A DNA stretch of 64,000 nucleotides. Origin: an uncultured Acidobacteriota bacterium. GTDB lineage: Bacteria; Acidobacteriota; Vicinamibacteria; Fen-336. Shown here piece after piece: positions 19,064-28,734 of the stretch. The DNA lies in NCBI GenBank assembly GCA_902826455.1, contig CADEEV010000002.1, positions 188,488 to 252,487 on the forward strand. The letters run 5' to 3'. A program made the translations under genes and the position numbers. Each line of letters opens with the position of its first letter. The stretch's first letter is position 1. The notes under the pieces are model-generated. The model was not told the origin of the DNA, did no database searches, and saw nothing but the letters and a program-made list of their open reading frames with translations.

Positions 19064-21847
19064 ATGCGTCGATCCCTGCTCGCATCCTTGTTGTTGTGTA
19101 TGGCGCCGCTCTCCGGGGCCCAGGGACTCGACACCCCCGAGCCCGGGTCCGCCGAGGCGATCGCGGCGGCCACCACGGAGCCGCGCTTCCTCTCGCCGTG
19201 GGTCGCGTCGGTGCCGGCCAGCGACAGCGTGCCCTCGCCCACGAAGTTCCTGGGCCACATCGCGGGCGCGCCGGGCGAGCTCAGCAACACCACCAAGATC
19301 TACGGGTACTACCGCGCCCTCGCCGCCGCGACGCCGCGCGTCCGCGTCGAGACGATCGGCAAGACGGAGGAGGGCCGCGACATCCTCCTCGTGATCGTGG
19401 GCGAGGAGAAGGACGTCGCGGGCGTCGACGGCGTGCGCAAGGCCATGGCGAACCTCGCCGACCCGCGCCGCTGCGACCAGGCCTGCGCCGACAAGACGAT
19501 CGGCAGCTTCAAGCCGTTCTACATGCTCCACGGCGGCCTGCACTCGGCCGAGACCGGCTCTCCCGAGATGCTGATGGAGCTCGTGTACCGCCTCGCCGTC
19601 TCGAACGAGCCGCTCATCAAGGGCATCCGCGACAACATGACGGTGCTGGTCAACCCGGTCGCCGAGCCCGACGGCCGCGACAAGATGGTCGACTGGTTCT
19701 ACCGGCACCTCAAGGGCAAGACCGACTTCGACACTCTGCCGCGCCGCTCGCCGCCGTACTGGGGCAAGTACGTGCGCCACGACAACAACCGCGACGGCGT
19801 CCAACGCAAGCTGGCCCTCACCCGCGCGACCCAGGACGCCTACCTCAAGTGGCTGCCGATGGTCGTCCACGACCTGCACGAGTCGATCGCGCTGCTCTCG
19901 ATCTGGACCGGCACGGGTCCCTACAACGTGAACCTCGAGCCGAGCGTCTTCTCGGAGTGGCACACGATCGCCTTCCACGAGGTCTCGACGCTCACGTCCT
20001 TCGGCATGCCCGGCGTCTGGACGTACGGCTTCGGCGAGGGGTGGGCCCACCTGTACGCGGACTCGGTGGCGATCAACCACAACGGCATCGGCCGCGGCTA
20101 CGAGACCTTCGGCAACGCGACCGCCGAGACCGTGGAGCGCCGGCTCTACGCCGACGACGAGCGCTACACGGGCCGCGCCGTGACCGAGGCCGACTGGTAC
20201 CGCGTCGTGCCGCCGCCCAAGAAGTTCAAGTGGTCGCTGCGCAACAACACGAACTACATGCAGACCGCGGTGCTCGCGGCCCTCGAGTACTCGGCCCGCA
20301 ACGCCCCCGACATGCTGCGCCAGTTCTATCGGCGCGGCGCCTCCGCGATCCGCCGCGGCGACGCCGAGAAGCCCTACGCGGTCGCGATCCCCGAGGCCCA
20401 GGGCGACCGCCGGCGCCTGGCGCGCCTCGTGAACCTGCTGCGCGAGCACGGCATCGAGGTGTCGCGGGCGACCACGGCCTTCAAGGTCAAGGAAGGCGAC
20501 TACCCGGCCGGCACCTACCTCGTGAAGATGAGCCAGCCGTATCGCGGCTGGGCCCTCGACCTGCTCATCCCCCAGAAGTACCCGATCGACAAGGCGCCCT
20601 ACGAAGCCTACGACGACGTGGCCTGGGCGATCTCCGTGAGCCTCGGCGTCGACACGAAGCCGATCGGCGACGAGGCCGTGAAGCAGGTGGCGACCAGCCT
20701 CGTCACGGAGCCCGTGAAGTATGCCGGCCACGTCGAAGGGGCCGGGCCGGTCTACCTCGTGCGCGACGCGGGACAGGAGTCGCTCCTCGCGGCCCGCGTG
20801 CGTCTCGCGAAGTTCGCGGTGGAGATCGCCGAGAAGCCGTTCAAGGCCGGCGATCGCGACTACCCGGCGGGCTCCTGGGTGATCCCGGCGGCGGCCGGCC
20901 TCGGGCCGGTCCTCGAGCAGGCGGCGGTCGAGCTCGACCTCGACGTGCGCAGCGCCGACAAGGCCCCCGACGTCCCGCGCCATCCCGCCGACTGGCCGCG
21001 CCTCGCGCTGCTGCAGCAGTGGGAGGACACGCAGGCCGCCGGCTGGGTGCGCATGATCTTCGACGACCAGAAGATCCCGTACACGCTGATCATGGACGAC
21101 GAGGTGAAGAAGGGCGGCCTGCGCACGCGCTTCGACGTGATCGTCTTCCCGGACACCTACAACAGCCTGAAGGACATGGCCGCCGGCATCGATCCCAAGG
21201 CGGGCGCCCTGGCCTTCACGAAGACGCCGGAGTTCGCCGCGAGTGGCACGCCCACGAGCTCGAGCGACATCACCGGCGGCTTCACCTGGACCGGTATCCA
21301 GAACGTCGCCGAGTTCGTGAAGCAGGGCGGCACGCTCGTCACCCTGGGCGGCGCCTCGTCTCTCGCCCTCGACGGCGGCATCGGCTCCGACATGCACCGT
21401 GCCTCGGCCAAGGACGTCTTGAACCCCGGCAGCGAGCTGCGCGCCCGCTTCCGCCGGCCCGAGCACCCGCTCGCCTACGGCTACCCCGAGAAGACGTCGG
21501 TGTTCCGCGAGGAGCGGCCGCTCTACGACACGGAGCGCGTCGAGCAGGGCCGCGTCGTGCTGCAGTGGGGCACCGAGATCCCGAAGGACGAGCTCGACGA
21601 GGAGCCCGAGGCCGACGACGACGCGCCCAAGCCGAAGAAGGACGCGATCGTGGTCAGCGGCGGCATCAAGGGCGGCGACGAGATCGCGGGCAAGGGCGCC
21701 ATCTTCGACATCCCGGTGGGCAAGGGCCGCGTCGTCGCCTACAACTTCGACCCCATCCACCGCTACCAGACGGAGTCGGACTTCCGCCTCGTGTGGAACG
21801 CGATCCTCAACTGGAACGACTTCCCGCCGACGCCGCCCGGGCGCTAG
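19064..21847 (+). CDS. Secreted M14-family zinc carboxypeptidase-like protein (927 aa).
   Basis: Signal peptide 'MRRSLLASLLLCMAPLSGAQG'. HxxE zinc motif in 'HGGLHSAETGSPE'. Good RBS 'GGAGG' upstream. Competing long ORFs on both strands are low-complexity. Confidence 0.8.
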   Translation: MRRSLLASLLLCMAPLSGAQGLDTPEPGSAEAIAAATTEPRFLSPWVASVPASDSVPSPTKFLGHIAGAPGELSNTTKIYGYYRALAAATPRVRVETIGKTEEGRDILLVIVGEEKDVAGVDGVRKAMANLADPRRCDQACADKTIGSFKPFYMLHGGLHSAETGSPEMLMELVYRLAVSNEPLIKGIRDNMTVLVNPVAEPDGRDKMVDWFYRHLKGKTDFDTLPRRSPPYWGKYVRHDNNRDGVQRKLALTRATQDAYLKWLPMVVHDLHESIALLSIWTGTGPYNVNLEPSVFSEWHTIAFHEVSTLTSFGMPGVWTYGFGEGWAHLYADSVAINHNGIGRGYETFGNATAETVERRLYADDERYTGRAVTEADWYRVVPPPKKFKWSLRNNTNYMQTAVLAALEYSARNAPDMLRQFYRRGASAIRRGDAEKPYAVAIPEAQGDRRRLARLVNLLREHGIEVSRATTAFKVKEGDYPAGTYLVKMSQPYRGWALDLLIPQKYPIDKAPYEAYDDVAWAISVSLGVDTKPIGDEAVKQVATSLVTEPVKYAGHVEGAGPVYLVRDAGQESLLAARVRLAKFAVEIAEKPFKAGDRDYPAGSWVIPAAAGLGPVLEQAAVELDLDVRSADKAPDVPRHPADWPRLALLQQWEDTQAAGWVRMIFDDQKIPYTLIMDDEVKKGGLRTRFDVIVFPDTYNSLKDMAAGIDPKAGALAFTKTPEFAASGTPTSSSDITGGFTWTGIQNVAEFVKQGGTLVTLGGASSLALDGGIGSDMHRASAKDVLNPGSELRARFRRPEHPLAYGYPEKTSVFREERPLYDTERVEQGRVVLQWGTEIPKDELDEEPEADDDAPKPKKDAIVVSGGIKGGDEIAGKGAIFDIPVGKGRVVAYNFDPIHRYQTESDFRLVWNAILNWNDFPPTPPGR

Positions 21848-21853
21848 CGCGAC

Positions 21854-23305
21854 TCAGGGCAGCAGCGTGTCGGAGGTCGGTGAGAGGTTGAGGGCCGCGT
21901 CGTAGCCGTAGGCGCACAGGCGGAACGGGGGCTTGCCCTCGAGGCTGAAGAACGGGATGAACGCGCCGCGATAGCCGCGCGGCTCGGCGCACGACGTGGT
22001 GTCGGCCGGCCCGTACTTGAAGAACGCGCCCACTACCTCGTCGTCGAAGCGCCAGACGATGCGGTAGCCGTCCTTCGAGCCGCCCTCCACGTCGAAGCGC
22101 GGCGCACGGCCGGGCGCCGTGGTGTCGATGCGCACCGTGGCGATCGCCGGGTGGCGCGGATCCTCGTCGCCGCCGATCAGGCACAGCGCGTAGTAGCCCT
22201 CGGCCCGGGGCAGCGCGTCGTCGATGGGCTGCGCGAGCGGGCGAGGCGCGCCGTAGCCGTCGTCCGAGCGGCAGTCGACGCTCGCGGCCGACCCGATCTT
22301 GTGGCGATAGGTATCGACTGCGCCGGTCGCGCTCACGTCCCAGCGCGTCTGCGGCGCGCCGAAGACCGGCTGCGTGAGCGCCGGGTTCACGGCGCCCAGC
22401 CAGTCGGGGCTCGGCCGCGGTCCACGGCCGGTATCGAACGGACAGGCGGGGCGCTCGAGGTCGAGTCCGCCGTCCTCGTCGAAGCACAGGCCGAGGCCGA
22501 CGAGCGGCACCACATAGCTGGTGTCGGTGCGCGACGTGGCTGCGAGACCGGCGGGTTCGCACGGGCGGTTCAAGGCGCAGTCCCCGAGTCGGCCGCTGAG
22601 CCGAGTCGTGGTGTTGACGAGACCGAGCACGCGGCCGCTCACCCGCGAGATCACGGGCGAGCCCGAGCTGCCGGCCTGGATGCCCTCGCAGCGCAGCCGC
22701 GCCAGGTCGTGCCAGTACCACTGGCGCTCGAGCACGACGCGGGCGACGCCGTCGACCGAGCACGACGCGAGGCGCAGGAAGTCGGGCGTGCCGAAGTCCT
22801 GCAGGGGAGCGCCCACCACCACGACCGGCTCCGAGGCCGAGGGCGGCGCGTCCGCGACCTTCCAGGGGCGATACCCGCGGCGCTCCAGCGAGCCGAGGGT
22901 CGCGTCGAGCTCCACGATGCCGATGTCGGCGCCCTTCATGGTGCCGAGGCCGACGGTGCGCACGGGCACCGTGTCCTGCCCCGCGGCCGTGTCCTCGAAG
23001 AAGCCGAACGTGACGTGCCACTCGGGATGCGCCTCGTCGCGCAGCACCTCGTTCGGGGCGAACGCGCCGACGCAGTGGCCGTTCGTGAGCACGTAGGCGG
23101 GAGCCCCGGGTCCGCCCCCGGTGTCAAGAAGGACCGCTGTGCAGGTGTTGCCGCCGTTCAGACGCACGACGCCCGAATAGGCGTTGCGGCCGTCGGCGTT
23201 GTGCAGCACAACCGGCTCGCCGAGGTCGGCGGCGCCGTACAGGGGCACCTCGCGGAAGTCGCCGCAGCCCGCGGCGAAGAAAGCGAACGGCAGGAGCCAG
23301 CGCAT
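21854..23305 (-). CDS. Trypsin-like (S1) serine peptidase lipoprotein.
   Basis: Lipobox 'FAFFAAGCG'. Catalytic His 'TNGHC', Asp 'DIGIVEL', Ser 'GSSGSPV'. Confidence 0.8.
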   Translation of the reverse strand: MRWLLPFAFFAAGCGDFREVPLYGAADLGEPVVLHNADGRNAYSGVVRLNGGNTCTAVLLDTGGGPGAPAYVLTNGHCVGAFAPNEVLRDEAHPEWHVTFGFFEDTAAGQDTVPVRTVGLGTMKGADIGIVELDATLGSLERRGYRPWKVADAPPSASEPVVVVGAPLQDFGTPDFLRLASCSVDGVARVVLERQWYWHDLARLRCEGIQAGSSGSPVISRVSGRVLGLVNTTTRLSGRLGDCALNRPCEPAGLAATSRTDTSYVVPLVGLGLCFDEDGGLDLERPACPFDTGRGPRPSPDWLGAVNPALTQPVFGAPQTRWDVSATGAVDTYRHKIGSAASVDCRSDDGYGAPRPLAQPIDDALPRAEGYYALCLIGGDEDPRHPAIATVRIDTTAPGRAPRFDVEGGSKDGYRIVWRFDDEVVGAFFKYGPADTTSCAEPRGYRGAFIPFFSLEGKPPFRLCAYGYDAALNLSPTSDTLLP

Positions 23306-23355
23306 CCAGGAGGAATTGTAGCGAGGCGTGCGGGGTCGAGGCGTATCATGCCGCC

Positions 23356-24039
23356 ATGCGCTCCCTCCTCTCCGCCGTCCTGCTGCTCGCGGCCGCGTGG
23401 CCGGCTCTCGCCGCGAACCCGAAGCCGGCTCCGGCCCCGTCGCCCGGGATCTATCTCGAGCCCGCCAAGGACGGGAAGGACGCCGACCTGCAGAAGGTCG
23501 AGGCCTCGTCGCCGGTGCGGGCCGGCGTGAAGGACCTCAAGAAGGGTCTCGCGAGCTCGATGTTCACGGGCGGCCTCCTGGGCGGACCCAAGATGACGTC
23601 GATCTTCGAAGGGACGAAGGCGGCGCGGCGCGTGACGTCGGGGGCGTGGTTCCAGTTCCACTTCGACCCCAAGGCGGCGCAAGCGCCACAGTCGTCGTCG
23701 CGGGCGCCCCAGACCCAGGAAGACATGATGGCGATGCTGCAGCAGCAGGCGGAGTCCCAGTCCGGCGCGGTCGACGGCATGCCCATGGGCGCGCGCTCGC
23801 CGCAGGACTTCGTGCTCGTGAAGCTCGAGGTGAAGAACGAGGAGCGCCTGCTCGTCACCGGCATGGACATGAAGGCCAAGAACACCCTGCCGTTCCGCGT
23901 GCGCCAGCTCGGGCCGAACGCCTACCGCGTCGCGCCGGAGAAGGCCCTCGGCCCCGGCGAGTACGCCTTCTTCGCGCCCCCGAACAAGAGCGGCGGCGGC
24001 GGCTCGCAGGTCTGGGACTTCGGCGTCGACAAGGACTAA
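23356..24039 (+). CDS. Secreted hypothetical protein.
   Basis: Signal peptide 'MRSLLSAVLLLAAAWPALAA'. 227 aa with no recognised domain. The overlapping 23328 frame upstream of 24048 is judged spurious. Confidence 0.65.
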   Translation: MRSLLSAVLLLAAAWPALAANPKPAPAPSPGIYLEPAKDGKDADLQKVEASSPVRAGVKDLKKGLASSMFTGGLLGGPKMTSIFEGTKAARRVTSGAWFQFHFDPKAAQAPQSSSRAPQTQEDMMAMLQQQAESQSGAVDGMPMGARSPQDFVLVKLEVKNEERLLVTGMDMKAKNTLPFRVRQLGPNAYRVAPEKALGPGEYAFFAPPNKSGGGGSQVWDFGVDKD

Positions 24040-24047
24040 GAGGACTC

Positions 24048-24872
24048 TTGGACTACCTCGAGGAGCGGCCGGTGCCGCCGCTGCGGCCGTACCTCGAGTG
24101 CCTGTGGCGCGTCGTGGATCGCGGGTCCCGGAGGGGCCGTGAAGCCCAGCGCATCGTTCCCGACGGGTGCCCCGAGCTCATCGTCCACCTCGGCGATCCG
24201 TTCTCGCGCGAGGTGGCCGGGCGCTGGGTGCGGCAACCCCGCGTGTTCCTCGCCGCGACCCTGACGCGGCCGTGGCGCCTGCGGCCCGGGCCGCGGGTGC
24301 GCACCGTCGGTCTGCGCTTCCGGCCCGGCGCCATCACCTCGGTGTTCGGCTTCTCGATGACCGGCCTTGCGGATCGCGAGGTCCCGCTGCCGGCGAAGGC
24401 GCTCGTGGCGGCGCTCACGCGCGCGCGGGGCGACCAGCGGCGCTTCGCAGCGGCGCAGGCCTGGCTCCTCGAGCGCGTCCGCGAGGCGACGGCGCCCGAG
24501 CCCAACGCGCGACCCGCGGTGGCCCTGGTGCTGAAGGACCGTGGCAGCGTGCGCATGGCCGCCGTCGCGAAGGCGCTGGGTTGGACGCCTCGGCGCCTGG
24601 AACGCGTGTTCCTGCGCGACCTCGGCATCCGGCCCAAGCTGTACGCACGCATCGTGCGGCTGAACGCGGTGCTCGCGACCCTCGACGACGCCGAGCGCGG
24701 CGGCGCCGTGGACCTCGCCCTGGACGCCGGCTACTTCGACCAGGCCCACCTGCTGCGGGATTTCCGGACCCTCGCGGGCCGCTCGCCGCGCGCCGGCTCC
24801 ACGGCCGACGGCGCGCTGGCCCGGCACTTCACGCATCCGGAGCGGCTGCGGGCCCTGTTCGCGCCGGAATAG
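24048..24872 (+). CDS. AraC-family transcriptional regulator.
   Basis: TTG at 24048 preceded by an AGGA RBS. The C-terminal AraC HTH region ends '...LLRDFRTLAGRSP...'. The N-terminal domain is AraC-effector-like. Confidence 0.75.
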   Translation: MDYLEERPVPPLRPYLECLWRVVDRGSRRGREAQRIVPDGCPELIVHLGDPFSREVAGRWVRQPRVFLAATLTRPWRLRPGPRVRTVGLRFRPGAITSVFGFSMTGLADREVPLPAKALVAALTRARGDQRRFAAAQAWLLERVREATAPEPNARPAVALVLKDRGSVRMAAVAKALGWTPRRLERVFLRDLGIRPKLYARIVRLNAVLATLDDAERGGAVDLALDAGYFDQAHLLRDFRTLAGRSPRAGSTADGALARHFTHPERLRALFAPE

Positions 24873-24941
24873 CCTGTCGCATTCGTCCAATCGGGGCGGC
24901 CGGCCCGCGCGCTAACCTCGGGCCGTTCGATGGAGGAATCG

Positions 24942-25406
24942 ATGAAGAGAGCCGCACGTGGGATCGTGGGAGCGATGGGCTTGATGGTCGCGGCGGCGGC
25001 GCAGGCCGCGCCGCTGGACGTGGCGTCGCTGGGCTGGCTCGAGGGCCGCTGGTCCGGCGACAAGGACGGGGTCTACTCCGAGGAGCTGTGGACCGGCGTG
25101 CGCGGCGGCGCCGTGATGGGCCTGCACCGCGACATCAAGGGCGACAGCGTGGTGTCGTGGGAATTCTTCCGGATCGCCGCGACGAAGGACGGCGTCTTCT
25201 ACTTCGCGAGCCCGCGCTCGGCGCCGCCGACGCCGTTCAAGCTGGTCGAGGCCAGCGCCACCCGCGCGGTGTTCGAGAACAAGGAGCACGACTTCCCGCA
25301 GCGCATCCTGTACTGGCGCGAGGGCAAGGCGCTCCACGCGCGCATCGAGGGCCCCATGGACGGCAAGACCGTGTCCGAAGACTGGGTCTGGGTGCGCCAG
25401 CCCTAG
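24942..25406 (+). CDS. Secreted DUF6265-like protein.
   Basis: GGAGGA RBS, ATG at 24942, signal peptide 'MKRAARGIVGAMGLMVAAAAQAA'. Confidence 0.7.
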   Translation: MKRAARGIVGAMGLMVAAAAQAAPLDVASLGWLEGRWSGDKDGVYSEELWTGVRGGAVMGLHRDIKGDSVVSWEFFRIAATKDGVFYFASPRSAPPTPFKLVEASATRAVFENKEHDFPQRILYWREGKALHARIEGPMDGKTVSEDWVWVRQP

Positions 25407-25412
25407 GAGAGC

Positions 25413-26387
25413 ATGCGACCGCGGATCCACCTGCTGAACCCGATGTGGGACGAGAGCGGCGGCAGCGAGCATCGTGTCGCCGCCCTCGCAGGTGCGCTGT
25501 CGCCGGACGCCGACGTCACGATCTGGTCGGACCACGAGCCCGCTCCCGGCTGGCGCGCGCGCCTGCCGATCCGGAAGATCGCGCCGCGGCGTCTCGCGTT
25601 CCCCATCCGCGGCACGCTCGTGGTGGTGGGCGTGTACTTTCGGGTCGGAGACTGGCTGCGCTGGAGCCGGCCGAGCCGCACCATCCTCGTCTGCAACACC
25701 TTTTCGCCCCGGGGCCTCGCGCGTCAGCGGCAACGTGTGTCCTGGGGAGGGTCACGGCCGCTGGAGCTCGTGTTCGCGTCCGAGACGTTGCGACGCAAGC
25801 TCGACCTCCCGGGCATCGTGCAACCGTCCGTCGTGGATCTCGAGGAGTTCTCCCCCCGGCTCGAGAGCCGGACCACGTTCACGGTGGGACGCCTGAGCCG
25901 CGACGTCGCCGAGAAGCACCACGAGCGGGATCCGGGCCTGTACCGCCGCCTCGCCGCCCGCGGCTGCCAGGTGCGCGTCATGGGCGGGACGGTGCTCGAG
26001 CCCGCGCTGCGCGAGGCGGGAGGGCTCGAGGGGATCGCGCTGCTGCCGGCACAGGCTCAGCCGGCCAGCGCGTTCCTGGCGGGCCTCGACTGCTTCTTCT
26101 ACAGGACGTCGCGGTCCTTCTTCGAAGCCTCCGGCCGCGTGGTCACCGAGGCCATGGCGATGGGCCTGCCGGTCGTGGCCGACCGTGTCGGAGGCTACGC
26201 GGACGTGATCGAGCCGGGCGTGAACGGCTTCCTGTTCGACGACGACGACGAGGCCGTGGCGCAGATCGAGCGTCTGAGGCTCGATCCCGAGCTGCGCCGG
26301 CGCATCGGGCGCGCCGCCCGGGAAAGCGTGGAGCGGGAGCTGTCGCCCGGCGCTCGCCGGGAGATCGTCGAGTTCTACACCCGCTAG
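25413..26387 (+). CDS. Glycosyltransferase family 4 (GT-B fold).
   Basis: 'EASGRVVTEAMAMGLPVVADRVGG' GT4 signature. Confidence 0.85.
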   Translation: MRPRIHLLNPMWDESGGSEHRVAALAGALSPDADVTIWSDHEPAPGWRARLPIRKIAPRRLAFPIRGTLVVVGVYFRVGDWLRWSRPSRTILVCNTFSPRGLARQRQRVSWGGSRPLELVFASETLRRKLDLPGIVQPSVVDLEEFSPRLESRTTFTVGRLSRDVAEKHHERDPGLYRRLAARGCQVRVMGGTVLEPALREAGGLEGIALLPAQAQPASAFLAGLDCFFYRTSRSFFEASGRVVTEAMAMGLPVVADRVGGYADVIEPGVNGFLFDDDDEAVAQIERLRLDPELRRRIGRAARESVERELSPGARREIVEFYTR

Positions 26388-27700
26388 GGCCGGGTGCTCG
26401 AGGCCTGCATCCACTCGCGCAGGCGCGTCATGTCCGCCGGCGCCGTGCGCGAGGCGGCGAGCAACACGGCCATGACGAGGAGCGCCAGGACGGGAACCAC
26501 GTGCATCGCGAGGCGCAGGCCCTCGGAGATCGCGAAGGCCGGGTCGCCGCCGGCCGCGGCCGCGACGCGCGCGTAGTGGTCGCTGGCGGCGCCCGTGAGG
26601 ACCGGGCCCAGCGCCCCGCCGAGCATGTACATCGCGAAGAAGTACAAGGCCATGGCCGTGCCCCGCAGCGCCGGCTCGATGACGTCGTGCAGGGCGGAGT
26701 AGACCACCGAGTAGTACACCTGCATCGCCGCGTAGCCGAGCCCGGCCACGACGGCGAACGCCGCGACGTGGCCGCGGCCCTGCTGCAGTGCGACCCACAT
26801 CAACGGGGCCGCGAGGGCGACGCCCGCGGCTCCGACGAGAAGGCGGCCGTCGGGCCGCCGCCGAGCGAGCGCATCGCCGGCATGGCCACCGGCCAGCAGC
26901 CCGAGGATGCCTGCGAGCGACACGCCCATGCCGACGAAGCCGGCGCTGCGGATCCCGAGGCCGTGGTAGCGCATCAGGTACGGGGCCAGGAAGCTGCTGA
27001 AGGCGTACATGCTGAAGTTGTGGAGCGCGCCCGAGGCGATGATCCACACCACCGTCGGGGTCGCGAGGACCAGCCGGTAGGGCGACCCCTCGCGCTGACG
27101 CGCGCCGATCGCGAACGCCTCGCTCGCGCCCCGGCCGGGCTCCTGGATCCGCAGCACGGCCAGGGCACAGAGCAGGCCGGGGATCGCCGCCAGGAAGAAG
27201 GCCCAGCGCCAGCCGAAGGCGTGGGCGACGGCGCCGCCCACGGCGAAGCTCGAGGCCAGGCCCAGGGGGAGCCCGAGCATGAAGATGGACATGGCGCGGG
27301 CCCGGCGCTCCGCGGGGAACAGGTCGCCGATCAGCGACGAGGCGGCCGGCGCGCAGCTCGCCTCGCCGACGCCGACGCCGAGGCGGCACGCGAGAAGCGA
27401 CGCGTAGCTCCAGGCGGCGCCCGTGGCCGCCGTGAGCAGGCTCCAGCCGAACACGCCCGCCGCCAGCATCTTCGGACGGGCGACCCGGTCCGCGAGGCGG
27501 CCGAGGGGAATCCCCGCCACCGCGTACAAGAGGATGAAGACCGTGCTGGCTCCGCCGAGGGCCGTGTCGGAGAGGTTCCACTCGCGCCGGATCGGCTCGC
27601 TCACGACGCCGAGGATCTGGCGGTCGAAGAAGTTGAGGAAGTTGATCGCGAACAGGACGCCCAGGGCATAGGCGCCGCCGCGCGGCCGGGAACCGGTCAC
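26384..27700 (-). CDS. MFS transporter.
   Basis: GTG at 27700 overlaps the upstream stop (GTGA). Motif A-like 'GRLADRVARPK'. 12-TM hydrophobic profile. Confidence 0.85.
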   Translation of the reverse strand: MTGSRPRGGAYALGVLFAINFLNFFDRQILGVVSEPIRREWNLSDTALGGASTVFILLYAVAGIPLGRLADRVARPKMLAAGVFGWSLLTAATGAAWSYASLLACRLGVGVGEASCAPAASSLIGDLFPAERRARAMSIFMLGLPLGLASSFAVGGAVAHAFGWRWAFFLAAIPGLLCALAVLRIQEPGRGASEAFAIGARQREGSPYRLVLATPTVVWIIASGALHNFSMYAFSSFLAPYLMRYHGLGIRSAGFVGMGVSLAGILGLLAGGHAGDALARRRPDGRLLVGAAGVALAAPLMWVALQQGRGHVAAFAVVAGLGYAAMQVYYSVVYSALHDVIEPALRGTAMALYFFAMYMLGGALGPVLTGAASDHYARVAAAAGGDPAFAISEGLRLAMHVVPVLALLVMAVLLAASRTAPADMTRLREWMQASSTRP

Positions 27701-28710
27701 GAGGTCGGCCTGGAGTCTTCCGCGCGGTGCGCGATCACCTCGACGATGCGCGCCTGCAGGTCGCCCATCACGGCATCGGTCCACAGGCCGGCGTAGGCAT
27801 TGAAGCGCGTCGTCAGCCGATGCCTCGACAGCAGCACGAGCCGCGTGCGGCCGCCCTCGACGGGCTCGAGGCGGAACTCGCCCCAGGTGACCTCGAAGTG
27901 CTCGCCCCCGACACGCACGTGCTCGTCGAGGGTGCCCGGGGCGATCGACTCGGGCACCACCTGGATGTGGAAGCCCAGGCGGCGGTTCGTCTCCCAGACC
28001 CCGACCGGCTCCCTGAACGTGATGCCCTCGCGGAAGCTCGCGATGCGCAGGGCGCCCGGGCCCTCGCGGTCGAGGACGGCCTTCAGCGGCAGCGGAATGC
28101 CGATCGCGGTGAAGAAACCGCCCCGGATCTCGTCCGGGTCGATCTCGGGGACGCGGATCACCTCGCGCCAGACCGCCTCGGGCGCCGCGTCCACGACGCG
28201 CTCGGTGACGACCTCGCGCGACACGCTCGGAGCCGGCGCTCGCAGCTCGACGGGGGAGCTCAGGAACGGCAGCAGCGCGAGGGCGGCGAGCGGCGGCACG
28301 CGCGCGTCGCGGCGGCGCAGCACGAGGCCGGCCACGACGCCGCCCGCCACGGACAGCCCCACGAAGATGGGGGCGGCCATCACGATGCAGATGGCGCCCT
28401 CGAGCAGCGTGACCGCCAGGCCCATCAGGAGCGTGATGCAGGCGGCGGCCGGCAGCATCACCCAGGTCCAGACCGCGCGCCGCAGGGACAGGGGCAGCGC
28501 CGCCACCGAGAAGGCGCCCAGCGCGATCGGCACCAGCACGAGGAACGACACGCTCATGACCCCGAAGATCTGCCCCTCCTGCGGGCCCTGCGGCCTCGTC
28601 GGAAAGCCGAACACGAGTCGCGCCACGAGGCCGTAGCCGGCGCCGGCCAGGATGCCGGCGAGCGGCCCGGCCAGTAGCGCGCGCGGCGATGCCGGCTCTG
28701 CCCCTTTCAT
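27697..28710 (-). CDS. Integral membrane protein with a C-terminal SRPBCC (START/polyketide-cyclase-like) domain.
   Basis: ATG (cat 28708-28710). Four N-terminal TM segments, then 'APEAVWREVIRVPEI...GFFTAIGIPLPL...' SRPBCC-like sequence. Translationally coupled to the MFS gene. Confidence 0.7.
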   Translation of the reverse strand: MKGAEPASPRALLAGPLAGILAGAGYGLVARLVFGFPTRPQGPQEGQIFGVMSVSFLVLVPIALGAFSVAALPLSLRRAVWTWVMLPAAACITLLMGLAVTLLEGAICIVMAAPIFVGLSVAGGVVAGLVLRRRDARVPPLAALALLPFLSSPVELRAPAPSVSREVVTERVVDAAPEAVWREVIRVPEIDPDEIRGGFFTAIGIPLPLKAVLDREGPGALRIASFREGITFREPVGVWETNRRLGFHIQVVPESIAPGTLDEHVRVGGEHFEVTWGEFRLEPVEGGRTRLVLLSRHRLTTRFNAYAGLWTDAVMGDLQARIVEVIAHRAEDSRPTS

Positions 28711-28734
28711 GCGCGGCCATTCTATGATGCGCCG

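Noticed and set aside
18985-21891. A 968-aa plus-strand ORF and a 908-aa minus-strand ORF (19034-21760) overlapping the M14 gene.
   Set aside because: Low-complexity RG-rich translations. The 19064 frame has a signal peptide, an RBS and M14 motifs.
24167-27796. A 1,209-aa plus-strand ORF.
   Set aside because: It runs across four differently oriented real genes (AraC, DUF6265, GT4, MFS) and is an Arg/Gly-rich frame artifact.
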